A stretch of 64,000 bases of DNA from Octopus sinensis (lineage: Eukaryota): NCBI RefSeq assembly GCF_006345805.1, contig NC_043004.1, forward strand, positions 71,238,001 through 71,302,000, written 5' to 3'. How positions within the stretch are numbered: position 1 is the first letter of the stretch; each line of letters begins with the position of its first letter. Of this stretch, positions 58,256 through 64,000 are shown one piece after another. Position numbers and translations under genes: made by a program. The notes under the pieces were generated by a model. That model ran no database searches, was not told where the DNA came from, and saw only the letters and a program-made list of their open reading frames with translations.

Positions 58256-59946
58256 CGTCATCGTCATCATCGTCATCATCATCATCGTCATCATCATCAT
58301 CATCGTCATCATTATCATCATCCTCATCGCCAACGTTAACATCCCCACTTACATCATAATCAATATCATATTCAGAATCATCATGGACGTGCTAATCCTC
58401 TTCATTATGAGAATAATCTACATTAACAAAATCCATCCTATCGTCATCTTTTAAAGATATTCGTCGTCATCGTTACAAACCATTTACTCTTCTCTGTTTC
58501 ATCAACTTATTCATCACTATCACATTGTCCACTACTATCGGGAAAATTGACCTCGTCTTCATCTTCATTACAATCATTAACATCAACATCATCTTCGGTG
58601 CTAAGAGACTTTATGGAATTAAATATCAACATTCCACATCTACATTCCACATCCGGCATCATTGTTTCGCCAGTCTTTCGTCACAAATATATTCTTTACA
58701 ATTCCTTCTTAACCCAATATTGTTTTCCAGATTATTGGCCTCTAATGACATGAAGGAAATCAAAGCAGATACCTTCCGAAATCTGTCTAGTTTAACAAAT
58801 CTGTAAGTTTAATAATTCTTTCTTATACTATTTCGTTGACAATATATTACTAAATCTGTACTAATTTTCCATCCTTGAATTGAAGCTCCCTCTCTTGTGT
58901 TTCCGAAGATGTGTCATTGTTTTCGAATATGTGTGTCTCAGAGTGTATTCCCATTACTTAATTATATTGTATGTGAGAGCGATATAGTTCCGAAGAACAA
59001 GTTAGTGTACGCTTGTGTGTGAGTTCGTGTATGTGTAAAGTCTCTCTCTAGTCAAAGTGTGTCATTTTCTATATTAATATCACTGAGAACCTTTTCCGCA
59101 GAAAACAAATATTTGAAATTGTGACATTTGAGCAAACAAATCTGTGCGATGATGACGTCTCTATCACCATTGATTACCATCATAAAATTGACTTCTTATC
59201 CTTATTGTAACATTTGTTGTTGTTGTTGCACTCATCGTCGTTGTTTCTGTTGATGTTGTTGTTGTTTTACTTCCTTCTTCATGTTCTTGTTCTTGTTCTT
59301 GTTCTTCTTGCTCTTCTTCTTCTTCTTCTTCTTCTTCTTATCATCATTCATCATTTTCTGGTCTTTCTATTTCTTCTTTTTCTCCATATTTTGCGCCAAT
59401 ATCATTTTTTATTCAACCTTTTCTTATTATTCTTCATATCTTCTTCACATTTCTATTTTACTAATTCGTCTTCCCCCTTCTCCCCCTTTTACTTCTGTTC
59501 GACATTTTGATTTTCTACTCTCGACCTTCGTCCCTCCTCCCTCTTTCTCAGTTCCTTTCTATTCTCCAAACGCTTCAATTTTTCTCCGAACACTTTTTCT
59601 CTTTATTCATTCCGTTGTCACAAATTTCAAATAAAATTTCCATTCCTCTTTTATATTTTCATTTCTTCATGATCACTATCTATATATTCAATATCATTAT
59701 CATTAATATTATCAGTATCACAATATTAGACCCAAATACTATAGCGTCTAAATTATCATCATCGTGCTACTCATCATGTTCTTATTCTTCCAGCAAGTAT
59801 TCGTTTAATCATAATATTTTTTATTATACAACACTTCTATAATTTCACATATGAAAATATATTTTATATTACAGATATTTGCAAAATAATAATATCGAAA
59901 CAATTGAAGTAGGAGCTTTCCCAGACCTGCCCAGTTTAAGATCTCT
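19448..59946 (+). CDS. Partial multi-exon gene: 18 single-LRR exons (18 x 72 nt = 1296 nt, 432 codons) encoding an extracellular 24-aa LRR solenoid; both termini not found in the window
   Basis: All 18 exons were read by hand: YAG acceptor, GTAAGT donor, 72 nt, phase 2-2, no stops or indels. The spliced product follows LxxLxLxxNxIxxIxxxxFxxL. Introns are 954-7090 nt. Confidence 0.92.
20722..20793 (+). CDS. LRR exon 2: [23 protein letters not shown](L)
   Basis: ttgcag|a tac ctg...gaa ct|gtaagt; 72 nt. Confidence 0.92.
21748..21819 (+). CDS. LRR exon 3: [23 protein letters not shown](I)
   Basis: ttccag|a gat ttg...att at|gtaagt; 72 nt. Confidence 0.9.
21863..22192 (-). mobile_element. tRNA-derived SINE (family 3), inserted ~45 nt after the exon 3 donor
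   Basis: Minus-strand head ggcgcaggggtggctgtgtggtaag...ggttcagtccc, then ttgggcaagtgtct; homologous to 47300-47734 and 54688-55144. Confidence 0.85.
22661..27278 (-). mobile_element. Penelope-like retroelement (RT + GIY-YIG), near full length but frameshifted, with direct-repeat pseudo-LTRs (22661-23042 and 26931-27278), inserted in a (TA)n tract
   Basis: Minus-strand fragments contain [27 protein letters not shown] (RT), CNDSRCGTC and [19 protein letters not shown] (GIY-YIG). The ORF ends KFEPKLNK* at 23339-23341. Near-identical ~350-380 bp repeats lie at both ends. Confidence 0.9.
22794..22838 (-). ncRNA. Minimal type I hammerhead ribozyme-like motif in the 3' pseudo-LTR of the Penelope-like element (variant core)
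   Basis: Reverse complement reads UGAAC CCGAAGA U UGCA gaauucaa UGCA C GAAA GUAC UA GUUCA: stems I and II pair, palindromic stem III, CCGA instead of CUGA. Confidence 0.6.
27908..27991 (-). ncRNA. Minimal hammerhead motif with long loop II, within a PLE-type inverted repeat (partial inverted copy at ~28173-28255)
   Basis: Reverse complement reads ACUGUA CUGAAGA GGA...UCC GAAA CGCG UA UACAGU. Confidence 0.7.
28910..28981 (+). CDS. LRR exon 4 (A-like): [23 protein letters not shown](L)
   Basis: ttccag|a tct ttg...act ct|gtaagt; 72 nt. Confidence 0.92.
29283..29415. repeat. Local inverted duplication (33-bp arms) around a CA/TA microsatellite
   Basis: agtgaagggaaaaattggtgcagacgttttaat ... attaaaacgtctgcactaatttttcccttcact. 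Confidence 0.85.
30016..30087 (+). CDS. LRR exon 5 (B-like): [23 protein letters not shown](L)
   Basis: ttccag|g aat tta...aat ct|gtaagt; 72 nt. Confidence 0.92.
31052..31123 (+). CDS. LRR exon 6 (C): [23 protein letters not shown](L)
   Basis: ttacag|a tat ttg...tct ct|gtaagt; 72 nt. Confidence 0.92.
32085..32156 (+). CDS. LRR exon 7 (A): [23 protein letters not shown](L)
   Basis: ttccag|g aat tta...aca ct|gtaagt; 72 nt. Confidence 0.92.
32408..32461 (+). mobile_element. Right end only of the same Tc1/mariner relic after exon 7
   Basis: taggatttaataaaatt...gggttcc...tttttgggggatcaccctg|ta. Confidence 0.7.
32673..33594 (+). mobile_element. Solo-LTR-like element (~920 bp)
   Basis: TGTTGCG...CGTAACA inverted termini and an internal TATAAAT at 32861; no clear target-site duplication. 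Confidence 0.5.
34793..34864 (+). CDS. LRR exon 8 (B): [23 protein letters not shown](L)
   Basis: ttccag|a aac ttg...aat ct|gtaagt; 72 nt. Confidence 0.92.
36513..36584 (+). CDS. LRR exon 9 (C): [23 protein letters not shown](L)
   Basis: ttacag|a gat tta...tct ct|gtaagt; 72 nt. Confidence 0.92.
37841..37912 (+). CDS. LRR exon 10 (A): [23 protein letters not shown](L)
   Basis: ttccag|g aat tta...act ct|gtaagt; 72 nt. Confidence 0.92.
38185..38727 (+). mobile_element. Internally deleted Tc1/mariner-type element in the intron after exon 10
   Basis: TA|CAGGGTGACC...GTCACTCTC|TA termini; degenerate C-terminal transposase (W.QHD.., [28 protein letters not shown]). Confidence 0.8.
40068..40139 (+). 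CDS. LRR exon 11 (B): [23 protein letters not shown](L)
   Basis: ttccag|a tac ttg...aat ct|gtaagt; 72 nt. Confidence 0.92.
41140..41508 (-). mobile_element. Tc1/mariner-like transposase N-terminal (HTH) fragment
   Basis: [21 protein letters not shown]... then a frameshift to [23 protein letters not shown]; the GRP linker between two HTH-like regions is typical. Confidence 0.55.
42290..42805. repeat. (CTA/CCA)n compound microsatellite
   Basis: Direct reading. Confidence 0.9.
43426..43497 (+). CDS. LRR exon 12 (C): [23 protein letters not shown](L)
   Basis: ttacag|a tat ttg...tct ct|gtaagt; 72 nt. Confidence 0.92.
44680..45855. repeat. Expanded (CTT)n-type pyrimidine tract; similar tracts occur in most introns of the LRR array
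   Basis: Direct reading. Confidence 0.95.
46599..46670 (+). CDS. LRR exon 13 (A): [23 protein letters not shown](L)
   Basis: ttccag|g aat tta...act ct|gtaagt; 72 nt. Confidence 0.92.
46924..47903 (+). mobile_element. Paralogous copy of the same Tc1/mariner relic after exon 13, interrupted by a SINE
   Basis: cagggtgacc start; [11 protein letters not shown]; same intronic position. Confidence 0.75.
47300..47734 (-). mobile_element. SINE family 3 copy nested in the mariner relic
   Basis: Near-identical to 54688-55144. Confidence 0.85.
48150..48195 (-). ncRNA. Minimal type I hammerhead ribozyme motif
   Basis: Reverse complement reads UCU CUGAUGA A GGGAUA ugcauag UAUCCC A GAAA CAGCUG UA AGA. 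Confidence 0.7.
49140..50520 (-). mobile_element. Second, degenerate Penelope-like retroelement (RT region)
   Basis: Minus-strand fragments [41 protein letters not shown] and WKRYLDDCF, with multiple frameshifts. Confidence 0.85.
51334..51858 (+). repeat. About 1.5 copies of a 353-bp hammerhead-containing monomer (retrozyme-like or PLE pLTR-like) flanked by (TA)n
   Basis: 51334-51502 is repeated at 51687-51858; the hammerhead lies in the intervening part. Confidence 0.8.
51600..51644 (+). ncRNA. Canonical minimal type I hammerhead ribozyme
   Basis: CACACG CUGACGA GAGG ucaaua CCUC GAAA CUCGAG UC CGUGUG: 6-bp stem I, 4-bp stem II, palindromic stem III, GUC cleavage triplet. Confidence 0.88.
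52602..52673 (+). CDS. LRR exon 14 (B): [23 protein letters not shown](L)
   Basis: ttccag|a tac ttg...aat ct|gtaagt; 72 nt. Confidence 0.92.
54369..54440 (+). CDS. LRR exon 15 (C): [23 protein letters not shown](L)
   Basis: ttacag|a cat ttg...tat ct|gtaagt; 72 nt. Confidence 0.9.
54486..54681 (-). mobile_element. 3' fragment of an RTE-like LINE
   Basis: Minus strand reads [43 protein letters not shown]. Confidence 0.6.
54688..55144 (-). mobile_element. SINE family 3 copy
   Basis: Near-identical to 47300-47734. Confidence 0.85.
55956..56027 (+). CDS. LRR exon 16 (A): [23 protein letters not shown](L)
   Basis: ttccag|g gat tta...act ct|gtaagt; 72 nt. Confidence 0.92.
56252..56785 (+). mobile_element. 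Paralogous copy of the same Tc1/mariner relic after exon 16
   Basis: cagggtggcc...ggccaccctg|ta terminal inverted repeats; [10 protein letters not shown]; [13 protein letters not shown]. Confidence 0.8.
57700..58330. repeat. Expanded (CAT/CGT)n tract
   Basis: Direct reading. Confidence 0.95.
58731..58802 (+). CDS. LRR exon 17 (B): [23 protein letters not shown](L)
   Basis: ttccag|a tta ttg...aat ct|gtaagt; 72 nt. Confidence 0.92.
59875..59946 (+). CDS. LRR exon 18 (C): [23 protein letters not shown](L)
   Basis: ttacag|a tat ttg...tct ct|gtaagt; 72 nt. Confidence 0.92.
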
Positions 59947-60000
59947 GTAAGTTGGATAAATGATTTGAACACTTTTATGTTATTGGAAAACCTATATAAA

Positions 60001-60086
60001 TTAGCTGAAGATTACTCAACATCTTAAATCTGCTGTAATATTTACAGTTTTTAATAAAATGTTGTAGTATGAAACAATTGTACTAA
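60001..60086 (+). ncRNA. Minimal hammerhead-like motif with long loop II
   Basis: UUAG CUGAAGA uuac...guaguau GAAA CAAUUG UA CUAA; stem II pairing is weak. Confidence 0.55.
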
Positions 60087-60122
60087 ATTACCGGATTCAT
60101 TCTTGTTGCTCATTTTTTATTA

Positions 60123-60178
<56 letters not shown>

Positions 60179-61795
60179 CTAGCAGAGATACCCGGCGTTG
60201 CCCGTGTTACTTACAATTGAAGAATTAGACTTTTCGGCTATATTTTCGAATTTCATCAAAATTGCAGATGTGGGTTATTTCCCTCTTTACACACCCAAAA
60301 AACATTGGAATCGTGACATGTATCCTATAATACTGATTTTTATGCGCATATTGCAAAATTCCAGTTTAACCGAACCTGTTAAAAAGATTTTGCTCCTGAA
60401 AAATGAAGGTAATGGAGCTCTAAAATGTGAGAGTTAACGCCCATGTTGGGGATAGGCATCTTAATGTCAACCAGAGAAGTTGAATTGTTGAGAATCTTTT
60501 CAACTTGGATCTTATATCTATTGTTTGAATTTCTTTGTTATAGGAAATATATGTTCACTGGGTTTGTAAAAGAGAGCAAAGTTACAGGAAGCCAAATGAC
60601 GAATGATCACAATAAGCTAGTCATTACCACTCCCAATGTAGTATTCCTCATCATCAAGACAGGCACAGCTGTAAGATGCATTACGAATCTATAGCAATTG
60701 GAAGGGCGTGACCCAACTGAAATAAACATTAACAATTGTGTGACGTGAGGGCTAAGGAGAAATGAAAGTTGGAGTTTGCGAATGACCACTATACTGATAC
60801 GTAACTGGACAGAATAAATATACAATCTATAAATGTCTTTGAATAACCAGTCACTCATTTGGGAAGGCCTTGTAATCAATGTCACCATGTGGGGACTATG
60901 TGTGACCCAGTGTTAATAAAAAGACTGAAAGGTGATCTGCAATCAAATAACTTTACTGAACACTTTGCAACTGAATCAGTGGAGGCAAAGATGCCCCTCA
61001 TTTACTTGACATTTATGCACCACATTGCATAAATCACAATGTAAGTGTATGTCAAAGCAAACTGTTACACTGTTGTACCATTGAATTACAAATAATGCTC
61101 ATCTTCTATGCTCGGATGACCCAACAGCTTCCAAGAGTACAACTGTATTCGTCTTTGCTTAGATAAAATGACAAAATTGTGGGTGTTAAATCCCCATGAA
61201 GGGTCTTTCTAGCTTGTAAGAAGATGAAATTTTATAAATATTACTTCATTTGTATCAAATATTTATGGTTAAAATTTCATCAACAGCAAAAATATATAAA
61301 TTGCCATGGGGACTGTGGCCCGTATGCATAGAACATAATTTCCAAATTTCGTAAAGATTCATTCAGTACTTTTGACTTAGTTTTGGATCATAAAATTTGG
61401 ATCTAAAATTTGGGAGTTAAGGCCCCCATTAGGGAATTTTAGAATCCTGATGTGAAGTGGAAACATTGAGAATATTTCCTGATGTGTGTCAATTACCCAT
61501 GGCTGAAATTTCATCAACATTGAAAATTTATGAATTTTCATGTCCCATTTGAGCCATCTGAAATTCAAACCAAGCATATTGCATTATACCCGCCCTTATG
61601 CATTGATTCTAAGCTTCAAATATTGGATCCATTCAATAATTTTGGTCCATGAAATTGTATGAAACACACAGCATTACCCTTCTCCCTAGGCTTCGATTTT
61701 GTATTCCAAATTTCATTATGATCGGTGCAGCAGTTTTCGAATGTAAAAATAATACACGAACACATAAAGATATTGTCTTTGATATATTAAATATG
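60179..61795 (-). mobile_element. Non-autonomous Helitron-like element (~1.6 kb; far end approximate)
   Basis: CTAG terminus beside a cccggcgttgcccg hairpin, the same type of end as the 3873 element. Confidence 0.6.
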
Positions 61796-61831
61796 AATGT
61801 ACACATATACATACATGTATATATATATATA

Positions 61832-62238
61832 CCAAAAATAAGCAACAAGAATGGATCGGTAATTTAGTACAATTGCTTCATACTATAACAATTTATTAAA
61901 GCTGCAAACATTACAGCAGATATAATATGTCAAGTAATCTTCAGCTAATTTCATATAGGTTTTCCAATAATGTAAAGTTCTCAAATCAATTAGTAACATC
62001 CTAGAGAAGGTAAATATACCGATAAAGCTGTAGATATGAATTTCAGGAACATGAAGTTACCTTCTTTAGGATGTTACTAATTGATTTGAGAACTTTACAT
62101 TATTGGAAAACCTATATGAAATTAGCTGAAGATTACTTGACATATTATATCTGCTGTAATGTTTGCAGCTTTAATAAATTGTTATAGTATGAAGCAATTG
62201 TACTAAATTACCAATCCATTCTTGTTGCTTATTTTTGG
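61832..62238. repeat. Long inverted repeat (~182 bp arms, 43-nt spacer); a diverged third copy of the arm lies at ~59960-60118
   Basis: 61832-62013 is the near-exact reverse complement of 62057-62238. Confidence 0.95.
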
Positions 62239-62336
62239 CTATAATCACCCCACATAATTTTATGGGTAATACCATAAAAATTCTGGTGCATCTAAATTAA
62301 GTACCATATTCATTTGAATCTAAATTGTTTTGCTGC

Positions 62337-62397
<61 letters not shown>

Positions 62398-62499
62398 CGT
62401 GTGTGTGTATGATATCTATCTATATATATATATATATATATATAAACACACAAAGATAAATTGATAGATACAACTGAGTGGGCAAACAAAAATATGAGA

Positions 62500-63103
62500 C
62501 ACAGCGTAGTGCTTTTTTATGTTCATAAGCTTGGTACTTATTCTATTAGTATCTTCTTGAACCAGTAAGTTAAGGGGATGTAAATAAACGAACATCAGTT
62601 GTGATGCAGTGATGATGAAGGTGAAACACAGAAACAAGTCACACACATACACTTTAATATAAACATATATATATATAATATAAATATATATATATATATG
62701 TATGTATACACACAGACACACACACACGAATATATATTGTGTGGGCAAACAAAAATATGTGATACTGCCTAGTGTTTTTTTTTTAAATTTTGATAAACCT
62801 GGTACTTATTCTATCAGTTTCTTCTTTTGAAACAGTAAGTTATGGGGATGTAAATAAACGAAAACCAATTGTGAGGTAGTGATGAGGGAGAAACACAAAG
62901 AAACATACACAGACTTACATATAAACATACATATACATACGATTGATTTCTTTCAGTTTCTGCCTACAAAATCCACTGACAAGGCTTTGGTTGGTCTGAG
63001 TCTATAGCAAAAGCCGAATGCCATGTCACCACACAGTGGGACTGAACCCAGGACCATGTGGTTTGGAAGGAAGTTTGTTACCACACAGCCACACCTGCAC
63101 CTA
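62500..63103 (-). mobile_element. Older SINE family 3 copy with a partial tandem duplication (another degenerate copy at ~8480-8725)
   Basis: ggtacttattctat occurs twice; gggactgaaccc...accacacagccac head. Confidence 0.7.
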
Positions 63104-64000
63104 TGTATGTGTGAGTGTGTGTGTATGGGTGTATATATCTATGCATGTATATATGTGAATATATATGTGTAATATTACATGTACATCTATCTATCTATAT
63201 ATATATATGCATCTACACATATACATGTATACATATACATCTATATGTATAGAAATAAATGTATACATATACAGCTATACACACATACACACACACATAC
63301 ATAGGTGCAGATGTGGCTGTGTGGTAACAAACTGTGTTCCAAAACATGGTCCTGGGTTTAAATTTAAATTTAAATTACTAAGGGTGAGAAATTGAATATT
63401 AATTTGATTAATATTAATTGAAAACCAGTGGTGTAATATATAAGACCATAGTGGATCTTCTTCTAGCAAAATGGATGTTCACTGTTAATGGTTTATCCCT
63501 CTTATATAATAGTTGGACTTTAATAGTTTCAGTAATAAAGTGAAAGTATCTGACATTACAACAGAGAGATGTTTGTTTCACTTTACACGTAATACTGAAA
63601 TAGTGTCGAGAGATATGATATTGCGTGGGCTCGCCCTAGGCAAAAGTTAAATTTCTTTTGCCCATGACACTCCCTGGACCCTAAGTAAGGCTGTGTAAAA
63701 TTGAATGAAATTGGTTGTGTAGTTCTCAGGTTTTAGGGATTCACACAGACAGACAGACAGACAGACACACACATACACATTCTCAGTTTCACATATATAT
63801 ACATATATATTCTTCTGCTTTTGTTTGAATGTGCAAATATTCATTTGATTATCTGTCTGTGTGTGTATCTCTGTTTGCTCTACTTCCTTCGCGTACCCTT
63901 CTTCTTCACCTACATTTCTTGTCTCCATCACCATCATCATCATCACCATCTTCTTCTTTTTCTTCTTCTTCTTCTTCTTCTTCTTCTTCTTCTTCTTCTT

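Noticed and set aside
19448-59946. Reading the exons as VLR-like germline donor cassettes for somatic gene conversion
   Set aside because: Every unit has intact canonical splice sites in one orientation and one phase, so ordinary splicing explains them. No recombination signals or incomplete acceptor gene are visible.
19448-59946. Naming the gene (GRL101/LGR/RXFP, Slit, Toll-like, chaoptin)
   Set aside because: Only generic LRR units are present. The YLQNN.I repeats resemble RXFP/LGR-type LRRs, but no LDLa, 7TM, EGF, TIR or cap domain is in the window.

Overview
This is eukaryotic, AT-rich, microsatellite- and transposon-dense DNA. The SINE families look like those of Octopus (a coleoid cephalopod); this is recognised from memory, not searched. 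Most ORF-track entries are microsatellite artefacts. The main structure is a + strand array of 18 exons of exactly 72 nt (19448-59946). Each encodes one 24-aa extracellular-type leucine-rich repeat, sits between YAG and GTAAGT, and is phase 2-2, so any subset splices in frame. Exons 4-18 form five tandem A-B-C triplets duplicated together with their introns. Variation among B exons concentrates at predicted concave-surface positions. At least one more unit probably lies in the 100-N gap at 17626-17725. No N- or C-terminal domains are visible, so the gene cannot be named. The introns also hold two Penelope-like retroelements, several minimal type I hammerhead ribozyme motifs (one textbook copy in a 353-bp retrozyme-like repeat), Helitron, Tc1/mariner and LINE remnants, a solo-LTR-like element, SINEs and long fold-back palindromes.
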